Assembly: GCA_964394405.1 (NCBI GenBank)
Contig: CAYMVY010000002.1
Coordinates: 128,092-192,091 of the forward strand
Reading direction: 5' to 3'
Source of the DNA: an uncultured Gammaproteobacteria bacterium
Lineage (GTDB): Bacteria > Patescibacteriota > Patescibacteriia > Magasanikbacterales > UBA922
Length of the DNA stretch: 64,000 nucleotides
Positions within the stretch are counted from its first letter, which is position 1; each line of letters opens with the position of its first letter. The notes below the pieces were generated by a model. That model saw only the letters and a list, made by a program, of their open reading frames with translations, ran no database searches and was not told the origin of the DNA. Both the position numbers and the translations under genes were made by a program. Below are positions 37,921 through 47,021 of this stretch, piece by piece.

Positions 37921-38078
37921 ATCGTATTAATGATTAAAGATTAAAATTCGAAATTTATACTAGTATACCCGAGTTTATATACTTACACAATAATACCCTT
38001 CTTCACCCACCCCTTCCCTTGGTGGTAAAGTTTTGAAAAATGAGTTATGCTGTATGCTATATTCCCTATGAAAACTTT

Positions 38079-39299
38079 ATGAAGAAAATAATTGTTTTTT
38101 GTGTTATTTTTTCTCTGTTTTTCCCCTTCGTTTCCCGTAGTGAGACTATCCCTGGTTCAGTGGGCGAAGCTATTGAGCAAGATTCTTCGTTCACGTTCCC
38201 AGAAGACACTACCGAAGAAGGAGTTCCGGTACCCGTGCAAGATGAATTTTATCGAGGAAAAATCGAGCGAATTATTAACGCATACACTAGCCCAGGCTAC
38301 GGTCCAGGAACTGAAGCATACATACAGGAGCTTGAGGTTCGTCTCATTTCAGGGCCAGAGAGTGGTACTGTGTTGAATGTGATTAATGAAATAGCAGAAA
38401 ATAATCGTGACACACGCGAATTGCATGAAGGTGATCTTATTGTCGTTGGAAAAAGTATTATTGGTGCTGAGACGCAATACTACATTACCGATGTATATCG
38501 TCTCAATGCTTTATGGATCATTCTTTCTGCCTTTGTAATCATTGTGCTCCTACTCACTAGATTACATGGTATCCGCGCGTTCCTTGGTCTTGGTATCAGT
38601 TTTTTGGTTATTGTGTGGTTTATTGTTCCCCGAATTCTTGCTGGAGACAACCCGATTATGATAAGTCTAATAGGTACCGCAGTAATTGCTGCTACATCTA
38701 TTTACGTGGCACATGGATTTTATCGACGAACCACTATTGCATTTTTGGGCACCATGATCTCCATAGCACTAGCTCTCACGCTTTCCTATATTCTTGTCAC
38801 TATTACTCAATTATTCGGCATGGGCACCGAGGAAGCTTTTTATCTCCAGTTTGCACCAGGAGCTTCGATCAATCTCCAAGGATTATTACTCGGTGGCATC
38901 ATTATTGGAGTCCTGGGAATTCTTGATGATATTACGACTGCGCAGGCTGCGGTCGTAGAGCAAATACATTATGCAAATCCAGAACTTGGTGCCGTAGAAT
39001 TATACAAACGTGCATCATTGGTAGGACGAGAGCACATTCTTTCCCTAGTAAACACACTTGTACTTGCCTACACCGGTGCCTCGCTACCACTCCTACTATT
39101 ATTCAAAGTATACGAACGACCCGCGTGGATGACGCTTAATAGTGAAATTATCATGGAGGAGGTAATACGTATGCTCATTGGAAGTATTACACTTATTCTT
39201 GCAGTTCCGATTACGACATTTCTAGCTGCGAGATATTATAGTAAAATGAAACAAAAAAATACTGCTAAAAAAATAGCAGCACCTACCCATACGCATTAG
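38079..39299 (+). CDS. YibE/F-family polytopic membrane protein
   Basis: N-terminal TM, periplasmic domain, then a multi-TM YibE/F-like region (LIGTAVIAATSIYVAHGFY...). Start set at MKKIIVF. Confidence 0.65.
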   Translation: MKKIIVFCVIFSLFFPFVSRSETIPGSVGEAIEQDSSFTFPEDTTEEGVPVPVQDEFYRGKIERIINAYTSPGYGPGTEAYIQELEVRLISGPESGTVLNVINEIAENNRDTRELHEGDLIVVGKSIIGAETQYYITDVYRLNALWIILSAFVIIVLLLTRLHGIRAFLGLGISFLVIVWFIVPRILAGDNPIMISLIGTAVIAATSIYVAHGFYRRTTIAFLGTMISIALALTLSYILVTITQLFGMGTEEAFYLQFAPGASINLQGLLLGGIIIGVLGILDDITTAQAAVVEQIHYANPELGAVELYKRASLVGREHILSLVNTLVLAYTGASLPLLLLFKVYERPAWMTLNSEIIMEEVIRMLIGSITLILAVPITTFLAARYYSKMKQKNTAKKIAAPTHTH

Positions 39300-39870
39300 C
39301 ACTCGTGTGGAATTGTTGTATATGCAACATACACTGGTTCCTACACATGATAAATTTAGTGTATCTTTTACCATCACCTGACTCCTGATTTTCAAGTGTA
39401 GAGGCAATAGTAAAACCACATTTTTTATATAGATTAATCGCAACTTCTTGTCTAGTATTCACTTTGAGTTCAATAACTCGCGCATGGTGTAGATGATCGA
39501 GTTTCCAGATTATTGCTTCGAGCAGTTTTTGACCAACCCCTCTCCCACGATAGTTTTTTTGAACATACAACTCTTTTAATCTCCAGACATTTTCTAATAC
39601 TTTTTCAGCACCTATAGTCCCGATAATATTGTTGTTCATTTTTGCTACGATAAAAAAATCATGTGAATTTGGTTCACACGATTGATTAATTCTCTCTTGC
39701 CACTGCGCGCTGCTTAATGTTACTTCATCCTCATAAGATTTTTTAAACGCATGAGGCTCATTTTTGAGAGCTTCAAGGCGAAGCGTGCGAAGCTCTTTCC
39801 ATTCATTTATTTTTGGAATTGTAATTTCTATCTTTGGTATATCAATGAAATTACTGGTATATACTGCGGA
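39283..39870 (-). CDS. GNAT-family N-acetyltransferase; start codon uncertain
   Basis: The ORF-track ATG (39639) covers only the C-terminal half (acetyl-CoA motif QKNYRGRGVGQKLLEA). The same frame stays open upstream to 39870 and encodes a coherent GNAT N-terminus (IEITIPKINEWKELRTLRLEALKNEPHAF...) with no ATG/GTG/TTG. Confidence 0.55.
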   Translation of the reverse strand, partial: SAVYTSNFIDIPKIEITIPKINEWKELRTLRLEALKNEPHAFKKSYEDEVTLSSAQWQERINQSCEPNSHDFFIVAKMNNNIIGTIGAEKVLENVWRLKELYVQKNYRGRGVGQKLLEAIIWKLDHLHHARVIELKVNTRQEVAINLYKKCGFTIASTLENQESGDGKRYTKFIMCRNQCMLHIQQFHTSANAYG

Positions 39871-39873
39871 TCA

Positions 39874-41760
39874 TTATAGCACATTTTTCACCTTTGCAAC
39901 AATAGCAGTAGCATCAATTCCTGCCGCATGATACAGTTCTTCTGCGGTACCGGACAACTGATACTCAGTCACCCCGAGCATGTCGTATTTTTCATACGTA
40001 ATCCCTCGAATAGCACACTCTCTTGCAAGCATTCCACCAAGTCCTGAATATGGATTATGATCTTCAACGGTCACTACCCTGCCTGTCTTCTTGATTGATT
40101 TAAAGATGGTTTCATCAAATGCTTTGATTGAACTTGCGACAACTATTTCAACGGTGATTCCTTCAGATCTCAGCACTTCCCACGCACGGAGTGCTTCGAT
40201 CACGACTCCCCCTATAGCAACGATCGTTACACCATCTCCTTCCCTCAATAAATCAGTTCGTCCGTAGACATACTCATACTTTTCATCAAACAATATACCG
40301 CCATTCTCTTTGATAAGTACAGGAAGCTTATGTCTACCCATCCGCATATACACATTCCCCTGGTGAGCGGCAGCAAATCGCACCATTCGATCACACTGAT
40401 TGGGATCTGCAGGCTCGAGATGCATGGTATTTAAAAATCCGACGACTGAACCTGAATCATCAATTGCCTGATGTGTCGGACCATCTTCCCCTACTGAAAG
40501 ACCACAATGAGTTGCTACCATTTTGACATTAGTTTCATTAATGTCATTCACCCGAGCTTGATCTTTTGCTCGACTAGTCATGAACGCGCCAAAGGTAGAA
40601 CAGAATGGAACAAAACCTGCAATCTCAAATCCTGCTGATGCCGATACCATGAGCTGTTCTGCGACCCCGCATTCAATATGGCGCTCAGGAAATGCATTGC
40701 GCACTCCGTCAGTTTTTACTGACCCCGCGAGATCTGCGGTCAGAGCCAGGATATGCTGGTTTAGTTTTGCAAGATCAACAAGTGCAGCACCATATGCACT
40801 GCGACAATCAGTGATTGTATCAGTCGTATACAATTTTGGTTTCCCAGATTTTATTTTTTTAACTAGACTTCCCAGTTGTACATGCTTCCAGACTGGCGGT
40901 TTGATCCGAATACTTTTTCTAAATTTGTTGAGTATTTGATCTTCCTCAGCGCTCAAACTAAGATGCGCTACCGCTTCTGTAATCTGTTCCTTGCGTGGTG
41001 CGGCGCCATGCCAGGTAGACTGATAGTTCCTACCGTCTTTTTCCATAAAATCCACCCCCTTACCCATAATCGTATGAGCACAAATGAATGTGGGGTATCC
41101 ATTTCGATTCTGGGCAATTTCCAATGCTTCAAAAATATCATTATAATTGTGCCCATCCATTTCAAGCACATTCCATCCTCCAGCCTTGAACACTTCTGCT
41201 GGATTGTAAGGCATAATAGATTTAGCTGAGCCAGAAAGCTGAACCCGGTTATAATCCATCGCAACAATTATATTATCCAGCTTATATTTACGTGCAAAAT
41301 TCATTGCTTCATATATCTGTCCTTCATTCCCTTCTCCGTCGCCCATAAGCACAAAGACACGTCGTGCATCTTTTTTTATTTTAAAACCTAATGCGGTACC
41401 GCACGCAACACTGAGACCAATACCTAGTGGACCCGTACCGTACCATACACCAGGCACATGACGAGTCACATGTCCTTCGAACTTAGAACCAAATTTTCTA
41501 AATCCTTCGACCACTTCTTCTTTTGACACCCATCCCATTTCAGCCAAAACTGAGTAAACGGCCGGTGAGATGTGCCCATTTGAAATAAACACAGGTTCAC
41601 CTGTGTGTGAGATTATTGAAGTATAGAGGGCTGACAAATAATCAATAGATGAGAGTGATCCGCCCGGATGCCCACTACCAGCGTGTGCAGTCATCTCAAG
41701 AATTGTTTTGCGACAAGATTTGGCAAATAGTTGGGCGAGTTGTTTGGTACTGACAGGCAT
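39874..41760 (-). CDS. tkt: Transketolase
   Basis: 628 aa. TPP-binding GHPGGSLS and conserved transketolase motifs throughout. Confidence 0.95.
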   Translation of the reverse strand: MPVSTKQLAQLFAKSCRKTILEMTAHAGSGHPGGSLSSIDYLSALYTSIISHTGEPVFISNGHISPAVYSVLAEMGWVSKEEVVEGFRKFGSKFEGHVTRHVPGVWYGTGPLGIGLSVACGTALGFKIKKDARRVFVLMGDGEGNEGQIYEAMNFARKYKLDNIIVAMDYNRVQLSGSAKSIMPYNPAEVFKAGGWNVLEMDGHNYNDIFEALEIAQNRNGYPTFICAHTIMGKGVDFMEKDGRNYQSTWHGAAPRKEQITEAVAHLSLSAEEDQILNKFRKSIRIKPPVWKHVQLGSLVKKIKSGKPKLYTTDTITDCRSAYGAALVDLAKLNQHILALTADLAGSVKTDGVRNAFPERHIECGVAEQLMVSASAGFEIAGFVPFCSTFGAFMTSRAKDQARVNDINETNVKMVATHCGLSVGEDGPTHQAIDDSGSVVGFLNTMHLEPADPNQCDRMVRFAAAHQGNVYMRMGRHKLPVLIKENGGILFDEKYEYVYGRTDLLREGDGVTIVAIGGVVIEALRAWEVLRSEGITVEIVVASSIKAFDETIFKSIKKTGRVVTVEDHNPYSGLGGMLARECAIRGITYEKYDMLGVTEYQLSGTAEELYHAAGIDATAIVAKVKNVL

Positions 41761-41879
41761 ATCTTAAACTCAAAGCTAATAACTCAAATGTCAAAACTTA
41801 CGTGTAGGATGTAAGTATACCATACTTCAGTTTTAAATTTTAAGTTATAATTTTACGTTTTGATATTTGAGTTTTGAAT
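41761..41879. repeat. AT-rich structured spacer with about 20-bp inverted repeats (aactcaaatgtcaaaac / gttttgatatttgagtt), family member 1
   Basis: Shares aaactcaaagctMa and cgttttgaYatttgagttttga blocks with 43245-43377. Confidence 0.45.
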
Positions 41880-43244
41880 TTAATCTATTGAAACAGTTTT
41901 TACATTCACGAACTCTCGAAGTCCGAAATATGAGAGTTCGCGACCTATCCCTGACTTTTTTATTCCTCCAAACGGAAGTCGTGGGTCTGACTTTACTATT
42001 GAGTTTACAAATACACATCCAGCTTCAATTTGCGGAATCAGATGCTCAATTTGCTCTCTATCATTTGACCAGAGTGAACTCCCAAGCCCGAATCGAGTAT
42101 CATTCGCAACTGCGATTGCCTCTACCTCATCTCTCACTTTGATAACTGACGCAACTGGTCCAAAAATTTCTTCATCATACGCGGGCATACCAGGCACCAC
42201 TTCCGTGAGTATGGTCGGCGCGTAAAAATATCCAGATCTCTCGAACCGACTGCCACCAATTTTTATTGACGCACCTTTTTCGACAGATGCCCTCACCTGT
42301 TTGTCGATGTCCTCAAGTGCTGAAAGTGAGGCGACAGGACCAATCCTGGTTTCAATTTTTGTCGGATCATCTGGAATATAGTTTTTGAATTCAGCGGTAA
42401 ATAATTCCAAAAATCTATCGTACACTGATTCTTCGACAATAAACCGTTTTGCCGCAATACAACTCTGTCCGCAGTTCTGAAGCCGTGCTGCAGCGCCTAT
42501 TTTTGCAGCTTTTTCAACATCCGCGCTTGCAAGTACAATATACGCATCACTTCCGCCAAGTTCAAGCACTGATGGCTTGATTTCATCCCCTGCAATCTCT
42601 GCAACTTTTCGCCCCGCCCATTCACTCCCAGTGAGAGTAACTGCTTTCACCCGAGAATCCCGAATAATTTGTTCAGTTCTACTACCACTCACAAATAGAT
42701 TCTGAAATATTCCTTCTTCATATCCGGATTCAAGAAATATATGTTCAATTGCTTCAGCACAGCGAGGCACATTTGATGCGTGTTTCAATAATCCGACATT
42801 CCCTGCCATCAGCGCTGGTGCAGCAAAGCGGAGTACCTGCCAAAATGGAAAATTCCACGGCATAACTGCAAAGATAATGCCCAGTGGCTCGAATGCTACA
42901 TAGCTCTCTCGTGCATCAGTCTTGACTTGTTCACTTTCAAGCATTTTTGGTCCATGCTCTGCATAATACTCGCATGCCCACGCACATTTCTCAATCTCGG
43001 CAATCGATGGAGTAATTGGTCGACCGATTTCTTCAGTAATTAATCTACCGTATTTTGAAGAATTTTCTCGAAGATGCTTTGCTACTTGAAAAAGCATTTC
43101 AGAGCGTTTTTCGATTGATACTTTTTTGTATATGTCAAAAACTGATTGAGCTTTTGCAATCTTACCTTTAATTTGTTCATCAGTAAGTTCGTCAAACTTC
43201 TGAACATCTTCACCTGTTGCTGGGTTGTGAGAGATTATGGGCAT
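41880..43244 (-). CDS. NAD(P)+-dependent aldehyde dehydrogenase (SSADH/GabD-like)
   Basis: 454 aa. ALDH glutamate and cysteine active-site regions (ELGGSDA; CGQSCIAAKR). Confidence 0.88.
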   Translation of the reverse strand: MPIISHNPATGEDVQKFDELTDEQIKGKIAKAQSVFDIYKKVSIEKRSEMLFQVAKHLRENSSKYGRLITEEIGRPITPSIAEIEKCAWACEYYAEHGPKMLESEQVKTDARESYVAFEPLGIIFAVMPWNFPFWQVLRFAAPALMAGNVGLLKHASNVPRCAEAIEHIFLESGYEEGIFQNLFVSGSRTEQIIRDSRVKAVTLTGSEWAGRKVAEIAGDEIKPSVLELGGSDAYIVLASADVEKAAKIGAAARLQNCGQSCIAAKRFIVEESVYDRFLELFTAEFKNYIPDDPTKIETRIGPVASLSALEDIDKQVRASVEKGASIKIGGSRFERSGYFYAPTILTEVVPGMPAYDEEIFGPVASVIKVRDEVEAIAVANDTRFGLGSSLWSNDREQIEHLIPQIEAGCVFVNSIVKSDPRLPFGGIKKSGIGRELSYFGLREFVNVKTVSID

Positions 43245-43377
43245 AGTAACGAGTTCAAAACTTAAAACTCAAAGCTCAAAATTATAATTCAAATCTATAA
43301 ACTGTAATTGCACCTGTATTAGTTTTGAACTTTTAGTTACAGTTTTGCGTTTTGACATTTGAGTTTTGAGTTACAGT
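43245..43377. repeat. AT-rich structured spacer with inverted repeats, family member 2
   Basis: aaaactcaaagctcaaaa pairs with ttttgacatttgagtttt. Shares 23-nt blocks with 41761-41879. Confidence 0.45.
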
Positions 43378-45012
43378 TTACACAGGACAAACTTTATCCT
43401 GCAACTCCTTTGTAAACACTTTGTAATTTTCAGTGTAATCAACCGGGACTTCAATCACATGAACTCCTGACATAGACAGCGTTTTTTCTAATAGAAGCTT
43501 CAAGGGTTCTGATTCTGACACTCGATATCCATGCGCCCCATAACTCTCTGCATATTTTACAAAATCAGGATTACCAAAATTGAGTCCAAAATCAGCCATC
43601 TTCTGACTTTCTTGTTTCCACTTGATCATACCATACCCATTATCATTCAGAATAAGGATAACCAAATCAAGTTTGAGCCTGATTGCAGTTTCTAATTCCT
43701 GAGAATTCATCATAAATCCCCCATCTCCAGCAACTACCACTACTTTTTTCTCAGAGTTAACGAGTTTTGCGGTAATTCCCCCAGGAAGTCCAGCACCCAT
43801 CGTTGCAAGCGCATTATCGAGGAGTAGTGTATTCCGTTCATGAGTTTTGAAATACCGTGCAAACCAGAGCTTGTACATTCCATTATCAAGCGACAAAATT
43901 CCATCACGGGGCAGTACTTCCCGTACGTCTTGTACCACATGCTGTGGTTTCATCGGGAATGAACTGCTCGAAACTTCATTCAGTTTATCTTCAATATATT
44001 TCTTTACTTTTAGCGGATAGGAGTTATCCCATGATTTCGGTGATATTTTTTCTGTCATTTGCCATAGCGCATTTCCAATATCCCCTAGCACTTCCCATTG
44101 AGGAAAATAAATATTGTCTACATGTGCTCCAAAAAAATTTATATGGATTACACCCTGGCCTTGTCTCATGAAAAATGGTGGCTTCTCAATCACATCATGA
44201 CCTATATTGATAATCAGGTCAGCACGATCAACTGCGCAATGTAGATAATCATTTGCAGACAATGCGGCGCATCCGATATGCAGTGGATGCGACTCGTCGA
44301 TCACTCCCTTACCCATCTGGGTGGTAAAAAATGGAATGTGTGTTTTCTCAATAAACCCGAGAAGAGATTTACTCACTAGTTTGCGGTTTGCTCCAGCACC
44401 AACAAGAATGAGCGGATATTTTGCCGCTTCGATCATTTCAACAGCTTTATTCACTGCTTTTTCCTCTGCCGCAGGTCGTCTGGTTGTATGTATTTCAAAT
44501 AGCGAAACGTTTTCAACTTCTTCTGCAGCAACATCCTCAGGTAATTCGAGATGAACTGCTCCAGGGCGTTCTTCAAGTGAAATTCTGAAAGCTTCTCTTA
44601 CCAATGCGGGAATATTTTGAGCATGTACAATTTGCTTGGTAAATTTCGTAAGTGGGCGCATCATCTGGACCGTATCAATAATCTGAAAATGCCCCTGCTT
44701 ACTCTTCTTGATCGGCTTTTGCCCTGTAATCATGAGCATAGGCATTGCTCCTAATTGCGCATACGCTGCTGCAGTGACTAGATTGGTGGCTCCAGGACCC
44801 AATGTAGACAAGCACACACCAACTTTCCCTGTAAGTCTGCCATAGGTTGCGGCCATAAACCCAGCACTCTGTTCGTGACGAGTGACTACAAGTTTGATCG
44901 ATGAACGACTGAGTGAATCCAAAAAATCAAGATTCTCTTCTCCAGGAATTCCAAAAATATACTCAACACCTTCATTTTCAAGTGCTTTGACGAATAATTC
45001 GGATGCTTTCAT
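43378..45012 (-). CDS. TPP-dependent acetolactate synthase-like enzyme (AlsS/IlvB family)
   Basis: 544 aa. N-terminal Pyr domain (IFGIPGEENLDF), central FAD-like domain and C-terminal TPP motif GDGGFMMNSQELETA. Confidence 0.8.
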   Translation of the reverse strand: MKASELFVKALENEGVEYIFGIPGEENLDFLDSLSRSSIKLVVTRHEQSAGFMAATYGRLTGKVGVCLSTLGPGATNLVTAAAYAQLGAMPMLMITGQKPIKKSKQGHFQIIDTVQMMRPLTKFTKQIVHAQNIPALVREAFRISLEERPGAVHLELPEDVAAEEVENVSLFEIHTTRRPAAEEKAVNKAVEMIEAAKYPLILVGAGANRKLVSKSLLGFIEKTHIPFFTTQMGKGVIDESHPLHIGCAALSANDYLHCAVDRADLIINIGHDVIEKPPFFMRQGQGVIHINFFGAHVDNIYFPQWEVLGDIGNALWQMTEKISPKSWDNSYPLKVKKYIEDKLNEVSSSSFPMKPQHVVQDVREVLPRDGILSLDNGMYKLWFARYFKTHERNTLLLDNALATMGAGLPGGITAKLVNSEKKVVVVAGDGGFMMNSQELETAIRLKLDLVILILNDNGYGMIKWKQESQKMADFGLNFGNPDFVKYAESYGAHGYRVSESEPLKLLLEKTLSMSGVHVIEVPVDYTENYKVFTKELQDKVCPV

Positions 45013-45059
45013 ATAAATAATAGTTCATCCCGATTTAATCGGGATTGGCTATGGACTAT

Positions 45060-45470
45060 CTACTTCTTCAACAAATCTCTAATCTCCTCAAGCAAAACTT
45101 CCTGCTTTGGTGGAGTCGCTGGCTCTGGTTCTTCTTTTTTCTTTGCCATTTTATTAGCAATCTTCACCATCATAAATACCGCAAGGGCAATAATAAGGAA
45201 ATCAATTACGTTTTGAATAAACATGCCGTAATTAAAAGATACCGCTTGACTCACCACCTCACCTGCAGCATTAAGTTCTTCTGGTTTTAACACTACTTTT
45301 AAATTTTTAAAATCAACCCCACCAATCACATACCCAAGTGGAGGCATGATAATATCCGCAACGAGAGAGGAAACAATTTTCCCAAATGCACCACCGATAA
45401 TAATACCGACAGCCATATCGATCATATTCCCCCGCATGGCAAATTTTTTGAAATCCTGGATAAAGCTCAT
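45060..45470 (-). CDS. mscL: Large-conductance mechanosensitive channel MscL
   Basis: Motifs [27 protein letters not shown] and [12 protein letters not shown]. Confidence 0.9.
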   Translation of the reverse strand: MSFIQDFKKFAMRGNMIDMAVGIIIGGAFGKIVSSLVADIIMPPLGYVIGGVDFKNLKVVLKPEELNAAGEVVSQAVSFNYGMFIQNVIDFLIIALAVFMMVKIANKMAKKKEEPEPATPPKQEVLLEEIRDLLKK

Positions 45471-45572
45471 ACACAATACATTATATTATTTGTAGACTGG
45501 TTAATTAAAACACAGATTATATAGAGATGCAATGAATGTATATCTTTACAAATACACTAATTTATGATATAC

Positions 45573-45601
45573 ATCTCCTTCCTCACGACGAGGAAGGAGA
45601 T
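45573..45601 (+). promoter_or_regulatory. Perfect hairpin sequestering the Shine-Dalgarno of the island C ORF (atctccttcct cacgacg aggaaggagat)
   Basis: 10-11 bp perfect stem whose 3' arm is the AGGAAGGAG ribosome-binding site, 6 nt before ATG 45606. Confidence 0.45.
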
Positions 45602-45605
45602 GATC

Positions 45606-45941
45606 ATGGCTGTACTGAAGTTTGAAAAGTACGACAACGAAAAGGCCGCTCTCGCCGCAGAAGAGGATGCTATCGACCTGCTCATACCCCTCCAGGTAGG
45701 GAGTGCCGAAGCGGCACGACGTGGTAGTGTTCTCATCTACATCCCGAAGGATAATACGGGTGAAGGTGAATACGAGCTCGAACACGCCGAAATCATGCAT
45801 CACGACCCCAAACGGCGTACTGTACTGGTCGAGGTGCAGGACGATGGCCAGGGTCCCAATGAGAACCCGCGAGCAGGGCAGGTGGTAGAACTCCCGGACG
45901 ACACCCTCTGCTACGTCGCACCACCAGCCACCTCCGAGTAG
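45606..45941 (+). CDS. Hypothetical acidic small protein of high-GC island C (about 112 aa)
   Basis: GC3-rich codons on the plus strand. The antisense 151-aa ORF looks like an artefact. No recognisable domain. Confidence 0.45.
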   Translation: MAVLKFEKYDNEKAALAAEEDAIDLLIPLQVGSAEAARRGSVLIYIPKDNTGEGEYELEHAEIMHHDPKRRTVLVEVQDDGQGPNENPRAGQVVELPDDTLCYVAPPATSE

Positions 45942-45964
45942 CACACCATACAACTCAGGAGGTT

Positions 45965-45999
45965 GTGTCAGGTCGGAGGCTCTGCTTCCGACCTGACAC
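45965..45999 (+). terminator. GC-rich terminator of island C (tgtcaggtcggag gctctgc ttccgacctgaca)
   Basis: 13-bp near-perfect stem followed by attt-rich sequence. Confidence 0.5.
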
Positions 46000-46079
46000 A
46001 TTACACACCCCCATTTTGATCGTAATACATTTTTTAAATTTATTCAGTTGAAGGAACTTTATTTACAAAAGTATAATTA

Positions 46080-46107
46080 AAAATTTCCCTATAAAGGGAA
46101 ATTTTTG
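46080..46107 (-). terminator. Terminator hairpin downstream of the cupredoxin gene (aaatttccc tataa agggaaattt)
   Basis: Perfect 10-bp stem with flanking A/T runs. Confidence 0.5.
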
Positions 46108-46137
46108 TTATTAGCATTATAATACAGTCTGTGAAAT

Positions 46138-46626
46138 TTATTCTACAATCAACTTACCAAACATCCCGTTCTGTCTATGTTTCCCCACACTGCAGTAATA
46201 TTCGAATGTTCCGGTTTTGTCAGCAGTGAATTCCACTGTTTCACTTTGACCTGCTGCAATCTGTTTGGTCTTGACATTAAATTCATCGAGTACCCAGTCA
46301 TGAAAACCTTCTGCATTTATGAACGTTACTTTCACTTTATCACCCTTTTTTACTTTCATTTCTTTAAGATCAAAGGACAAGCCTTTTCCAGTTACGGTGA
46401 ACTCAACGAGTTTTGGAGTATCAACATTGACTTCCACATCAGCTCCAACATCCACCGTTACCCCAGCACTATCATCAGTATCATTGACAGCAGGAGTTTC
46501 TGTTGGCTGAGTCGTAGTCTGATCTGCCGGCTTACTTGGAGTGGTATTCGTTTCTACATTTGCGGTGGTCGAACATCCCGCACCGACCAGGAGAAGTGCT
46601 GCAGCAAAGATAAACATTTTTTGCAT
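46138..46626 (-). CDS. Cupredoxin (type-1 blue copper, plastocyanin/azurin-like) lipoprotein
   Basis: 162 aa. Signal and lipobox-like LVGAGCS, Thr/Pro-rich linker, then copper ligand pattern H..C....H....M (FHDW ... YCSVGKHRQNGM). Confidence 0.7.
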   Translation of the reverse strand: MQKMFIFAAALLLVGAGCSTTANVETNTTPSKPADQTTTQPTETPAVNDTDDSAGVTVDVGADVEVNVDTPKLVEFTVTGKGLSFDLKEMKVKKGDKVKVTFINAEGFHDWVLDEFNVKTKQIAAGQSETVEFTADKTGTFEYYCSVGKHRQNGMFGKLIVE

Positions 46627-46700
46627 AGAGTTCTATTAGTTAATAATCTTATAAAATAAAAGTATAAAATGGTTTAAACCAGTCGTCAATTGGGGATAAC

Positions 46701-46973
46701 CTATGCCTTTGGAGGAGTTGAAGAGGATGCGTCTATGCCATTGGAATTCTGGTTGATTTTTGCGACCCCAAAGAGATAGATGATTTCCAAAATACCCATA
46801 GTATTGATTATGAGTAGTGCTACAAACCAACCCTTCTCCCCTCGTCTTGCAGCATGCCAGAGTGCAAGCCCTTTCCAGATAAGAGACCAGAGCACAAACA
46901 GGAAGAAAAACCCTGCAAATCCTGCGATAAAGCCTGGCGCAGACCAACCTCCGAGAAAGTCCATGTATTCCAT
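46701..46973 (-). CDS. Small hypothetical two-TM membrane protein
   Basis: 90 aa. The overlapping ORF 46636-46947 is rejected. Confidence 0.4.
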   Translation of the reverse strand: MEYMDFLGGWSAPGFIAGFAGFFFLFVLWSLIWKGLALWHAARRGEKGWFVALLIINTMGILEIIYLFGVAKINQNSNGIDASSSTPPKA

Positions 46974-47021
46974 ATGGTATGTGTTAACGGTGACTTATAG
47001 ATCCACTATACGCTTATTTTT

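Noticed and set aside
39640-39873. Possibility that TGA is recoded (code 25) to explain the GNAT N-terminal extension
   Set aside because: TGA clearly terminates tatD (24621-24623) and the island A ORF. Standard code applies.
45546-46001. 151-aa minus-strand ORF overlapping island C
   Set aside because: No SD. Composition is artefactual. The plus-strand frame has an SD and a codon-position GC pattern.
46636-46947. 103-aa ORF overlapping the small membrane protein gene
   Set aside because: Cys/Arg-rich, no SD. The overlapping 90-aa two-TM frame is more plausible.
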